From NCBI RefSeq assembly GCF_009914755.1, contig NC_060939.1: a stretch of 64,000 nt of DNA; one strand, 5' to 3'. Every line of letters begins with the position of its first letter. Positions within the stretch are counted from its first letter, which is position 1. The translations under genes and the position numbers were made by a program. Below the pieces are notes generated by a model. It was not told the DNA's origin. It did no database searches and worked only from the letters and a program-made list of their open reading frames with translations. Origin of the DNA: the human T2T-CHM13v2.0 reference genome, Homo sapiens. Shown one piece after another: positions 18,865-34,869 of the stretch.

Positions 18865-20377
18865 TTTTTCTTTTTTTAAGAGTCAGGGTCTCACTCTGTC
18901 ACCTAGACTGGAGTGCAGTGGTGCAATTGTTACAGAATCTTCGGGGTGTCGATTTTCTGGTTGGAAACCTCTGTGGTTGGTGGCATCTTTGCCCCAGTTC
19001 TTGTCCTGCATCCAGGAAGAATGGTGTAGGTAGACAAGTGAAGGGTGAAAGGAGAGGAGCTTTATTAAGTGTCAGAACAGCTCCGAGGAGACCCATAGTG
19101 GGTAGCTCCTCTCTGTAGGTTGTTCTGTCGAGTGTTCAGCTCTCAGCAGAAAGGGAAGCCCTGGAGAGGGTTGCTCCTGTCTGTACCTGGTAGTTCCCAG
19201 CCATCTCTGCAGGTCTCTGAAGCATTCAGCAGAGAAAGTAGCTGGCCCTCTCATTGTCTCCAGCTATTAGCAGAAAGGATAGCTCCTTTCTGCATCTAGT
19301 CTTCCCTCCTCTGTCTTCTGCCCTGTTCTGGCTGAGTCCTGGGCTTTTATGGATGTCAGAGGGGAGGAAGTGTATGCCCATTGGTCCATGGGCAGCCATG
19401 GGCGGGCCCAGGAAAAAGCACCATGAGTTTCCCCTCCAGTCTGCAGGACTGGCAGCCTAGCCTGCAGGTGGGGCTTCACTGGGGACCCACCCCCTTCCAC
19501 CCAGGAACCTGTCTGCCTCCCACAGCCATCCATGGCACCCAGGCTTCTGGCATCAAGGGGCACTTGCAGGCCAGTGCCCAGCCACCCTCAGATCCCCTCA
19601 GCTTCCCCTCCCATGCTCCTGCTCCTCAGTGTTCAAAGTTCAGAGGGGGCTGAGGTGGCAGGGGGCTGGCATGTCATCACTGGTCCCAATGTGTGCATAC
19701 CTGGCTGGACTGTGACAGCACCCTGCTGGGTCCCAACCCCACTCTGAGGTCAGAGCACAGAGCCAGGAGCTGGGAGAGACCAGGCAGCAGGAGGAGGCAC
19801 CTCCAAGCCTGCAAGGGGCAAGGGGGGACGTTCCCAGCCTCCCCAAGAGTGCAGGGATGCCTGAGTCTGCAGCATTGGTTTGGGTGGCTGGGTGGTGGGC
19901 TGGGGCAGGGGCAGTGTAGGGGAATTGGATAAACTCCGGTCTGCTCCATGGAGTGGGAGGTCCAGGTCTACAGCTACAGCTGCAGTTTGGGCAGCTGCAG
20001 CGGCACCCAGGGAGCTCCCATTCCAACTCGGAAGGGGCAGGGCTCCCACTTGTCCCCGTCCTGCCAACTCCAGGGAGCATACAACCCCGGCCACACCTCC
20101 CCACTGCAGCTGACATGATGGCAGCAGCCGCTGCCGTCACAACCATAGCTTATTGTAGCCTCAAATTCCTGGGCCCAAGTGATCTTTTTACCTCAGTCTC
20201 CCCAATAGCTGGGGCCACACACATGTGCCACAATGCCCATCTAATTGTTTTTTATTTTTGGTAGAGGGTGGTCTGGCTATATTGCCCAGTTTCATCTCTA
20301 ATTCCTGGCCTTAAGCAATCTTCCTGCCTCATCCTCCTAAATGGCTGGGATTACAAGCATGAGCGACTGTGCCCAGC
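18865..20377 (-). mobile_element. AluJ split by a MER52 LTR (arms 18865-18927 and 20144-20377)
   Basis: The Alu consensus gtggtgcaat|catagct resumes exactly across the LTR. Confidence 0.88.
18928..20139 (-). mobile_element. Solo ERV1 LTR, MER52 family
   Basis: GC-rich 1.2 kb, TG...CA termini, 4-bp TSD CAAT/CAAC, MER52-type start tgacggcagcggctgctgcc on the minus strand. Confidence 0.85.
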
Positions 20378-21419
20378 TCCTGATAAATCCTTTCTTAATC
20401 AAAGTCTTCATCAGCAGCCTTACTTACCACAATCTTCCCAGATGATCTCAAGTATCCAAAGAAGTTAAAAGTAGCTTCTGCTGACAAAACTGTTGGGTTC
20501 CCTGATATTGTGCAATAAAAAAATTATGCTAGGTCTTCCGTTAGCTAGCTCTTCTGTAACAGTCTCTTTCTTTGTATGAATCAAAACTGATGCAACTTTT
20601 TAAAGAACTATTCCTAGAAACTTTCTCCCTTCCCAGTCAGAATTAATGTATTATTTATCCGTTTAAAGGACTATATAAGTAGGACATGGTTTGGGTATAT
20701 CACAGCACTTATGGCCATTTACTTTGTGGTTCAGTGATTTCTGTGTGCTTCTGACTTGTATATACTTTCAGCCCTTGTAGATGTAGTGGTTGTAGTTTCC
20801 CAACTTAAATCTATCTTTATCATCCACCTTTATCCACAGTTCTCCTCATGATTAGCACATTGTCAATAAATATTTATTAAGCTGAACCAAAAGTTTTCAC
20901 TATGCATAAATACTAAGATGTCCATGTCCATGGTCATGCAGGACAACAGAAGATAATTTTTTTTACCAGTGTATCTATTGCTAGCAATTGCTTCAAGGTC
21001 AGGAGCCAACTCATGTATTAGACATGTAAATCTTGTGAAAATATTCATACTGGAAACAGCATGTAGCAAATGCAAACAGAAGGAAACAAATCCTTTAATT
21101 TATCACAGTCGCTTCAAAGTATGAATTCTTCTTCTAGCATTACATCCAAATTTGATAAAATCCAAAAATATTTTATCTCAATATTTTAAAAGTGTTGATG
21201 CTGTATACATTGAGTTATTGTACAATCGAATGGAACCCACATTCAAAGTTTTTCCTCAATGTTAAAATTAAATGGTTCTCTCTGTGATTCTGTTTGCAGT
21301 TCTTTTCATTTCATTGTTAGAATTTGCCTCTACTAATGTAATTCATTTGGCGTTCCAGACGTTCTGCTCTTTTCAAATGTGTATTTTGACAGGTGCCTCA
21401 AACATTCATCCTTGGTTTG

Positions 21420-22103
<684 letters not shown>

Positions 22104-25100
22104 GGTTGTAAACACTTGAAAAAAATGAGTATCTGTATTGAATCACATACTTTAGCCAAAGTTTGCTTGTAGGAATACAGCCTATGGCCAAAGAATTAAT
22201 AGCTGACTCCCATTTGAATGGCCAAGATTTGTTCTCTATTTCCAATATTTTATTTGTGTGCCTGTATGTTGGACATGGACATAGGCAAATTTTTACAAAA
22301 CAAACCAGAAAAGTTCAATAGTCTTTCATTCTCTTTCGCTAACTTCTTTTAAGTATACTTCAACAATTATCTTAATATTGTCACCAGTAGATTAAGCGTA
22401 CTGTTATAAACACTGTATTTCTATTTATTCAAGGCTTGAATTGAGCTAGCTGCTAATAACATTTTTTAATTAGCATTGCAACCATATTCACCTACCATAT
22501 TTTTCCCTCTCCTTTGATTTCTGGGCCATTACTCACTTTCACAATTTGTATGTGACTCACCATTCTATACCTACTTTTGCCTTACCTTAAAATATTTTTT
22601 GATTTAATACATTTACATTTTTTCTCCTTTTGCTTTTGGAATTGTATTACTGTCATGAGGGGTTTTCTTTTCCTTTTTCAAGAGTTTCTCAAAATTCTTG
22701 ACCAAAGCCCTATCCTCTGAAGTCAGTAATATTCTTCACTAAATTACTGCATCACATGTTTACATCTGGCTAAAGTAAGAAACACTAATCGTATTCTGTA
22801 GCTAATCGATAATTGTTAAGATAAATTTAACAATTTATTATAATAAATTATAGAAAATGATCATTTTTAGGTTCCTTATACTTGTAATATTTGTAAATAA
22901 TATGAGTTATCACCTCTTTCTGTAGCTAATTGCATAGGGAGCACATGCAGTTAGTGGCATGTTTCTTAACACATTTCTCATATCAAGAATAACAAATACA
23001 ATGCAGTGGGGAGTGGAGAAAAGAATTAAGTGTAGCTACATCTGCAAGTAACAATTGCAGCCACTTTGTCAAGGGTAAAACAATCATCAATGAGCTATAC
23101 AGATTGTTTGTCACCAGAATAACTGAATCAAGAGGTTCCAACTCATTAATTTTTTTCATTCCCATATGCCTGAACATCTGGGACATGAAGAAATAGTGCG
23201 TATGCGTTAATAGGCAAAGCTATAGTAATGACTTCTACCTATTAGAAGCAGTTATCTATTTTCCTGTTACTATCTAATTTTTACACAAAAATACTTCAGA
23301 TGACTATTGACAGAAACTCAGAAATATGGCATAAACTAACCAATATAAAGGTAATGTAGTAATGGCAGAAAGTTAGAGCTTAAAAGTTTTTACAATGGGA
23401 AGATTATTGTGATAATGGGAGCCATGTATAAGTTTGTTTTGAAATGATAATGTACAGCTAAAAGAGTATAATGCTCAAATTTTTGTATATGTAGTTTTCG
23501 TAATTCAACAAGTAGGGTTAAGAGACAATAAGAATTATACAGAATGTTGGATTTTATTTCATGTCTGTTCCTCTTGTCAGACATTGCCATCTTTCCCATG
23601 TTTCATCAGGTGTTCGGTAAGTTAACAACATTCACTCTGTGAAAATTACCACATGATTTATTGTATAAATATAGTTGGAAATACACTGTGGTTCCTCATA
23701 TCCTGAAGCTTATAATTCAGTTTGGAGACTACACTATATAAATGTAGAAATGCCATAATTATGCTTATAAATTGACTTTTTAAAACATGCAAATTAATAT
23801 GGTAGAAACTGAATACGTAAGTATGGGGGTGCCATATAAAGTAATGATCAATGCCAGTGGGATTAATCAAGGCAAGTTTCTTGGGGAAGTGAATTCTAAA
23901 CAGAATTTGATATATTTGTTTATTTAGCACTCATTTTATGTTTTCTAATTATAAATATAATGTATTCTCATATTCTCAAGGTAATGAATTTGCAAATTTT
24001 AAATTAGTAGGAAGAGTAAAAGGAACTAAGATCCCACTGTCCAAAGGTAATCATTATTCAGGTTCTGCTCTTTTCCTTCCATTTGATTCTCTGATATTTT
24101 CTTCATGGGTGCCACTTATAACCCACTTTGTGTTTCAGTCAGTGTCTATACATACAGACTGAATGATACCAATGTCTCATAGAAACTAAGTTTAATCAAA
24201 TCAAGAAACTAAGTTTAATGCCAGTCTATATCAATGTACCGTTTCCTTCTAGCTAAATATTTAGGCTTTTCCAAATTTTGTTAACATAAATAACTCCAAA
24301 AATATTTTTGTTAACATTTTTTCTTAGTGTTATTTTCCTAAGGTAGACTTTAAAAATTTACTATAATAAATTATAAAAAATGATCATTTTAAGGTTCCTT
24401 ATAGTTGTAATATTTGCAAATAATATAAGTTATCACAACTCTCTAGTTATTTCTGCTTGATATTTTACTGCATTGATCAGAATTCCCAGAATTGTAACAT
24501 AATGCTAATTATTAAATCTTACATTCCTTCTCATGTTAATAGTTATTATTTTGTAAATATGTTGCTATTAGCAATTTTTAGATTGGCATCCTTAATATAT
24601 TAGTTAGATATTAGTAATTCCACTTTTCCCTATAACTGTATTTTTCTTTTTAATCAGAAATCAATCTTGAATTTTGTTCAATAATTTTATGATATTTATT
24701 CTGATTTTTATATTACTTTCTATTAATATATTGGTAAGGTTTTCTAAGATTTTCCATATGTTTATCTGAAAGAAGTTCTGTAATTTTCTTCACTGTTGCC
24801 ATTATCAGATTATATATCAGATTTACAAAAGTTTTGTTAAAAATTTGGTTTCCCCCACATTTTTCTATGTCATTGAACATTTTGTTGACATTTCACATTT
24901 CTTGATTATTGAAGGAAATCTATAAGTCCATTGCTTGTAAAGGTTTTTTTGGAGGAAAGTTACTGTTTTTTAGTATATACTACTTTGTTACTGCTATATT
25001 CATCTATTAAAGTTAAATTATCTACTTTAAGACTTAAAATATTAATATATCATAGTATTAACTTAGAACTTAAATATCTTCACATCTGTTGTTATATGCT

Positions 25101-25564
25101 TTATTCCTAATTTTTAAATGTGTAGTTTATCTTGATTAAATTTTATTGAAACTTATCTATTTTATTATTGTTTCTTTTTTAAACAAGCCAGTCAGGATTT
25201 TGCAATTATATTTTTTCTGATTTATGATTTCATTGTTATTGTTACCCTCATATATCTTGTTTTTTTAAATAAATTTTTATAACTTCTTAAATTTGATGCT
25301 GTTTGCTTTTTTTTAAGTAGACATTTACCTATTCTTTCTTCACCCACTTACGTTTGAGTCACCTACAACGTGTCAGCTTCTACATTCCCTGATCTTCCTT
25401 GCTGCCTTCCCTTATTTCTTCCTACAATCCAGGTACAATGATCTTCCAATTGGCTCTCATGACACCCTACACTTCTGTTATCACAGCACATGCTATTCCA
25501 TTGTGCAAACGGATGGGCAACTAAGAGCACTTTCAAGACTTTATCATAATGTTGCAAAGTCATA

Positions 25565-25862
25565 TTTTTTTAGAGACAGGGTTGTGCTCTATCACCTAGC
25601 CTGGGGGAGTGCCGTGGTGTAATCATGGTTCCCTGCAGCCTTGAACTCCTGGATTCAAACAATCCTCCCACCTCAGCCTCTAGAATAGCTCCGACTGCAA
25701 GGGTGTGCCGCCACACCCAGCTAATTTTTTGCTTTTTATTTTTGTAGAGATGAAGTCTCACTCTGTTGACCATGCTGGTCTTGACCTCCTGGCCTCAAGT
25801 GATCTTCCCACCTTGGCCTCCCAAAGTACTGAAATTACAGACATGAGCCACCACGACTGGTC
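25565..25862 (-). mobile_element. AluJ
   Basis: Diverged dimer with J-type positions. Confidence 0.9.
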
Positions 25863-26227
25863 TGAAAATTCTTAAATCTACTCATGGGCTATCTTCTAAC
25901 TGTTCCCTTCCTCTATTTATGTCTCCAGTAAATTTCAACTCATTCTTCAAATCTGGCTTCTGAGTGACCTTTTCAGAGATTCTCCAATGTATCCAAGTAA
26001 ATAAAATAACTGACTTCTATGTTTTTCCATTTTATTTTATGATTAAATCTCAAAATGTTGAAATAAACAATATATCCTAAGTAGTTTCTGTTTCTATCTC
26101 AAGTTCTAGATTTTGAGGCCTTTGAAGATAGAAACAATGGAGCCAGTTCCTTGAACACAGGAGTTAATCAGTAAGCATTTGTTGAATAAACAATAACGGG
26201 ACATCTTTCCACTTTCCTAAAACTTAC

Positions 26228-27909
26228 CAAAGAATTGTTACTCATTCTGATCCATCTTCCCTTATGATGAGACCAAACCACTCACTGTGGTCAACGGCAT
26301 TCAAAAATAAAAAGTGGGGTATTTCCAGAGGTAAAATTGTGGACAAAACTATGTGAAATATTCATGTACTTATGAATTGATTCATTAAAAAATTCTCACT
26401 ATTAATATTTGGCCTACACATCATTAGGGACTGTGAGTATAGCAGAACAAAATAGAAAAATTTTCTGGCCACATGAAATCTATATTCTAGAGGACAGAAG
26501 AAATGGTCTGATAAGAATCAGGAAAGAACAAGGTATGTCCAGATTAAATCATAACCTTTATGTAGAATAAGAGTGAAATCACTGTAAGCTATGTCGATAT
26601 TTGATCAGGCTACTTGAACACTTTTAGATAGATAAGTGCTTTAAAGCCATTGATGGCTGTTGAACAAGGAACTACTGTGGTCACTGAATTTCATGACAGA
26701 CTGCAATAGAAATGGAAAATGTACATATAAATATTCTCAGGCCCCGATGTGCCATATCATGGAAACTTTGCAATTTTCCAGATGACAGAGAATAGAAATA
26801 TGAGATGTGACAATGGAAATGATAATGAAAGGATGAATGTTAAATACATTGCAGAGGAGTAAGAACTGGCAAGAATTGACAAATGATGAGTTAAGCGAGG
26901 TATGAAAAAATGAGAAGTCAGGTGAGTAAGAAGGGAGGGGGAATAAAATCATGCATTGCTTAATAACAGAGATACTTTCTGAAAAATGCATTGTTAGGCA
27001 ATTTCATTTTCCTGCACACATCATAGAGTGTACTTATACAAACCTAAATTGTAGCCCACTACTACACAACTAGGCAATATGGTATAGCCTATTGCTCCTA
27101 GGCTACAAAACTTTATAGCATGTTACTTTAGTGAATACTGTAGGCAATTATAACACAATGATAGATATTTGTGTTTCTAAACAAACATCAACATAGAAAA
27201 GGTACAGTAAAATACAGTAAGATAGTCTTATGGGTCTACCATTGTATATACAAGTCTGTCGTTGAGCAAACATTGTTACGTGGTGCATGACTGTAATATG
27301 GTATCATGTTGAGCAGAAAGTCTCAACCTTCACAGTTGAGGCACACTGATAAAAACTATAATAAGAAATGTATTACTGATTATAAAATCTCATAATTATG
27401 AGTAATTTGTTCTTTCATAAATTTAAGAGAATTCCTCCAGTATAACAACACTCACTTTCATTCCTGTATGCTTGTCTTTAAAAATAGAAAGAAAAGTTGG
27501 TAAAAGTATGGCTAAAGTTGGAACTTCTCTCTCTTCTACCCTGGCTGCAGCATTAGTGAATAAGTATAATTTTTTGACTGTAACAATTAAATATTTCTCT
27601 TTCTGGACTTTACTTTTCCAGAAGGAGAATCTTTGGAGGAAAAGCTGATCTGTGAGACAATAAAGGAAAAGTGTTAATGTTTATGCCATATGAACCTTTA
27701 GAAGGAAATCATTTTCTGACGGAAGCTTGCTTGTATCAATACATCCATGCATGGAAAGAAATATTCTCTTCAACATCCCCATGTCTTTTGTATGCTATCC
27801 TATTCCACCAGCCCTGAATTAGTGCTTTTGCTCTGCAGCTAACTCTCTCAAGTTCCTCTTTTTGAAGTCCGAATCTCTCTCTTGAATGTTTCTGGCCTCA
27901 GTATCTACC
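26228..27909 (-). pseudogene. Dynein-like pseudo-exons, stalk CC2 and AAA5 (27743-27909, 27456-27649, tentative 27328-27355, 26228-26348)
   Basis: ELERVSCRAKALIQG..HGDVEENISFHAWISAF cf. 'KLERAEKLIGG..GDVLLSAAFIAYLGPF'. Donors |gtgagt and |gtaagt; strong acceptor cttttcctttattgtctcacag. Confidence 0.75.
26946..27293 (+). mobile_element. Tigger3a-type DNA transposon
   Basis: ~348 bp, tcatgca...tgcatgactg termini, TA flanks. Confidence 0.85.
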
Positions 27910-28354
27910 CTGTAAACACACTAAACCTGATCCATTTACAGACTAGATAGTTTTTTGGTCCAAAAGATAATTCATGGAATTTCCCTAATAAATATATATT
28001 AATTTCTATTACTTTAACAATTGATTTTCATTGATCCTGATGAGGATTGGCTATTAGTTCATTACTATGTGTATTTTGTAAAGATATACATGGCTGGCAG
28101 AAAAGAAGATATTGTATGCCATAAAATATTATGAGACAATTTTTTAAAAATAAGACTGTTTTTCCTGAAACATGCTATTTCTATAAACATATGCTTTCAT
28201 GAAATTTTATTTCTCATGATTTTATTTCTTTATGATTACCTTGTTGTATGCTGACTATATTATATTGTTTTAGTTCTTTATGATTACCTCGTTTTATGCT
28301 GACTATATTAATAAAGTTAGAGATTCCATGAAGTTTCAAGAGATTTTCTCTCTC

Positions 28355-30742
<2,388 letters not shown>

Positions 30743-31834
30743 AATAAGTGTTTATTATGTTGAAGTTTTGTGAAAATAGTAGATTAGGTTTTTCTACTAG
30801 TTGGGTATCTTAAAAAATCATTTAGTATTCAGTTTTTAAGTTTTAAGTAAATGAGATCACAAGTGACTAATTAAAATAATAATGAGAGTACTATAAGTAT
30901 TCCAAAATAGTTGTTTCTAGTGGTGATATTTAGGGTGTATATTTGGTTTGGATTTTGTGCATATGTATTTCTACATTATCTACAGTGAATACGTTTGTGG
31001 TGTAATTTTAAAAGATCACTTTATTTACATCAAACACTCTATGTTTCTTTTTTTGTGATAGCTTGTGCCTGACCTAATTCTAGTGAACAGATTGAAGAAG
31101 TGAGGAGACATCAGATAGATATAAACACTTTGCCAAGGAGTCCCCCTGCAGTGCCACAGGGGCAGTAGGCTCACTTATTCCATATCCTTGGCATTTGCAG
31201 GGATAGACATACACAGGGAGGCACGGGGAGCTCCTGAGGAGCAAGGGCAGATGGTCAAAAAAATCTGGTGGGAAAAAGTTGCAGTGCCATAGACCTTCTT
31301 TCTTTTAATGGAAACTCAGGGATGGATAGTCTGGCCATAAACTATTAATAGTACCTCTGGGAAATAATAATACTCAATACGGGGCCCATCAAAACTGTTT
31401 CTCAAATTTAAAAGAGCCACAGGGTTGCAGAACAGGGACTTAGAAATAGTAGAGGCAATTATATTTAAAATGGATGGTCACAATACCCTGATTCTGGGTT
31501 AGTATGGTTTGCCTCCTCAGTAAATAAGACTCGGAATCATAGCAGTAAAAGTATTTTGAGCCTGGCATTTTACACATAGAAATGTGAATCCATTTTTACG
31601 TTTAAAAAATACAAATCAATAGAAAATATGTGGTTTTATACATGAGATTTTGGTTTAAGGACTATGTTTTAGTGCACAGTCTTCTACATAACAAAATACA
31701 ACTGCATTCAAAACAAATTATTTGCTATGAAGCAGAGAGTGAAATTTATCAGGGTCTTAATATTTTAAGTTAAGTTTTATATTTTGAGGTTCTTACCCTG
31801 GTTTGGATTTTGTACATTTACACAACACCTTATA

Positions 31835-32258
31835 GAAGTGGTTTTCAAACTGTAATATGGGACAACTGAGTGTCCACAAACTCAAAACTATTTTTATAAT
31901 AAAGCTAGGACTGCGCAAGTGTAGAGCAGAATTTTGCAAAGGCTATATATGTGTATTATCAGAACAGATTGAATGCAGACACAGATATGAGATTCCCATT
32001 GTCTTTATTTAAGCCAAACATTAAAGGCATTTGCAAAAATATAAAGCACTAATCTTTTAACTAAATTTTGCTTTGGAAAATATATTTTTAATGAAAGTGT
32101 CATTTATTTTAATAGGTAATAAGTTAATTTTATGAATTAGTATTTTTAAGAATTTGTTTTTAATTTTGAATATGATAAATATAGACAGATATAACCAACA
32201 TATATTAAAGTGTTTTCATTGTAAAGAGGTCCTGACATCAAAATGTTTGAGATTCCAT
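31835..32258. mobile_element. hAT-Charlie DNA transposon remnant (Charlie4-like)
   Basis: agtggttttcaaact terminus; agattgaatgcaga..agatatgaga motif. Confidence 0.55.
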
Positions 32259-32357
32259 CTACACCTCCAAGGTTGTATCTGTTGTTCATATAATTAAACA
32301 CCAATTAACAAGACTATTCATTTCTTATTTTTGTAATATTAGATCCTTTCTTTAGAC

Positions 32358-32579
32358 CAGGGATCAGCAAACTTTTTGTAAAGGGCCGTATGGGTAAGTA
32401 TTTAGGTTTCATGGGCCATACAGTCTCTGTTGCAACTAGTCAATTCTATCATTATAGTGCAAAAGCAACTATAGGTAATATGTAAGCAAATAAGTGTGGC
32501 TGTGTTCAAATAAAACTTTATTTACAAAAACAGAGCGTGGGCCAGATTTATTTCACAGGCTCTAAATTGCCAATTCTTG
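32358..32579 (+). mobile_element. MER58A
   Basis: cagggatcagcaaac...ggctgtgttc.aataaaactttatttacaaaaacag. Confidence 0.85.
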
Positions 32580-32623
32580 CCCTAATTCCAACTCTTGCCC
32601 TGGTCCCAAATGTGTGCTTCAGA

Positions 32624-32690
32624 GTGTGTGTGTGTGTGTGTGTGTGTAAGTGTGTGTGTGTGTGTGTGTGTGTGTACGTGTGCACATGTG
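32624..32690. repeat. Interrupted (TG)n microsatellite
   Basis: Direct reading. Confidence 0.95.
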
Positions 32691-32721
32691 CATGGGGAGG
32701 AGGGAGTTACAAAGAAAATTA

Positions 32722-33225
32722 ATATTTATTGATCATCTATTATGTGTTTGGAATTTACTAACAACTATATATATATTATTTACATAGTTTTATTTTTGTG
32801 TATTCATTTTAAACAGTAATATTAAACCTCATTTTACAGATAAGGAAACTTGATATAAAAATGTGACACACACTAAATAGTGACACACATTTAGCAGAAC
32901 AGTAACTTGGGTTTGTATTCCAGTGTGTCTGTCTTCCAGGATGCCATGAGGCTTGTCATCACTAGGAGCACAAGCAGCAGCAAAAGCAACAGCAACCACT
33001 CACACGTTCATAGTACTTTTTAGAACACAAGGTACATTCACATTGATTACCTCATTTGATTTTCACCCTCAACCCCAGAGAAAACCTCCAGAAAGACCAG
33101 ATAATAGTATCCTCAATTCATAGATCAAGAAAATAGGATTCAGATTATGTGATTTGCAATTATTAAGTAGCAGAGTTTCAATTCTGACCAGTATTTTTTG
33201 ATTCTCAATCCAAATGTCCTGTTTT
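32722..33225 (-). mobile_element. Two MIR remnants
   Basis: cattttacagataaggaaact core, followed by a similar second copy. Confidence 0.55.
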
Positions 33226-33263
33226 TCCAGATGACTTTGTAGAGTTTGCCAATTTTATGATTC

Positions 33264-34869
33264 CTGATAATCAAATATTTCTCTTTTTTTGTCCCTAATC
33301 TCTAAGCACGTCACTTCAAAGTTATAAAATTTTTACTTCTCCAATAGAGATGTACAGAATGGAGCATAGAGTGGAAATATGCATTTTATCTCCATCACTA
33401 TGAAATAAAACTTGTGCTTAATCAATGGGGAAGCATCAAAGGTCAAAGAAATGAAAAAGACCTTAGTTCAGAATTAGTAACATTTTCAAAGATATATTCT
33501 TCTTTGAAGCAGAAAGTAATAGAGCTACTAGGCTACTTGAATGACCCAGAATTATAGTAGCTTTCTTTTCTTTACATCTACAATAAATGAAAGTAGAAGC
33601 TATAGCTTCCCAAAGAATCTTGACAATAAACTGTGAACCTCTTCTTGACCATTTATAAGTCCCACAGTTACAAGTGGACTCACCTCTTGGTGAGAAGTTA
33701 ATGTTTTCTACATGATAAGAGTTAAAGATCTGATATGAGTAAATATTTACTTGAAGAAAGAATAGTTTACAAACATATAAGTTGAAATATAGTTAATAAT
33801 TTTTTTTCCTGAGCAACAATTGTTAATGCAAGAAAAAATTAAACCAAACAGTGCAAAACCCAAATTGATGGTAAGCTTTAAAAGAAAACTAGACAATATC
33901 CCATTTTGGTAATAATGCAACTGATAAAGGAACTATTTGAGGTTCCCAGTTTCCCCAGAATATTCCCCTCTGGGATCAGCTTTAGCTAAAAATGTCTTTA
34001 GAAGCTTTCTTTCACTATTTCCTGTACTGAACATCCCCATGCTGCCCATCAGCCATGCAGACGTTCCTCACTGTCTAGATTGTTCCTCCTCTCATTTTAT
34101 CTCACATGCATCCCCTGCCAGCTCCAAGCAGGCCTTTTGGTATAATGGCAGTGGGAAAGCATGACAGCTCACTTCTAACTTTTATCACTTCTTCTGACAT
34201 CAGAGACCAAGAGAAGACAATTTAATGAAAAGCTGGCTTATATGACTGGAGTCTGTAGAGGGAAACATAAGGGAAAGAAAAGTTAATTTACATCTCCAGC
34301 AGATCTTTGATCCTACAATAGCTATTTGATTGTGGAAGACTCAGTCAAAAGAAAAACGAAAGTCAAATTGCTTGAAGCACTGAACTCAGCAAAACACTCA
34401 ACAACGTACCACAGTGGCCAACATCTCTCTGGCAGGGCTGAAGCCTAGGTGGTCTACTGTGAGTTTTGCATCATAATTTTCATGTTTCTCTGATAATTAC
34501 AACTTTGATTTCTTGCTGTGTTATTATCTTTATTCTGAGAAACTACTTAGAATTCTTAAGTGAAAGCCTGTAGCAATCAAGCCGAAAGGACTGTGGAAGG
34601 AAATGGTGAATGCTGAGATATTCAGCCACTTGTGATTATTTTATTTAAAGCCAGATATTAACTGAAATTTTGACTGGTTGTCATTGTGGTGTTTTAAAAA
34701 TTCCTCTCACGGAATTTCAAATTGAAGACAAACGTAACTTTAGAAACGGTGAAAATATGACAATGAAAACTCAGTAGTTGATTTCTTAAGCTGGTTTCAA
34801 CTCCAAGAGTGAAATCCTTGGTGCAGAAGAGTTCAACTTAACAGCCTATCTGGCAACCATGTAACGGAC
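33264..34869 (-). pseudogene. Cluster of dynein-like pseudo-exons, stalk CC1 and microtubule-binding domain (~34760-34869, 34173-34252, 33860-33920, 33684-33707, 33462-33577, 33264-33397)
   Basis: RYMVAR*..SLLELKPA; LQSYKPAFH*IVFSWSLMSEEVIKVR (cf. 'LAEAMPALEAALAALDTLKKADITEVK'); KATIILGHSSSLVALLLSASKKNISLKMLLIL (cf. 'SKKLLGDPKFLESLKNYDKDNIP'); YAPFCTSLLEK*KFYNF (cf. 'AGPLCKWVRAMEKYY'). Phases chain 1-2-2-1. Confidence 0.75.

Noticed and set aside
18848-20468. Dense ORF cluster up to 168 aa
   Set aside because: It lies within the MER52 LTR and AluJ; high GC content explains the open frames.
31175-31264. 90-nt minus-strand segment with good splice sites
   Set aside because: No frame resembles the stalk coiled coil expected here, so it is not counted as an exon.
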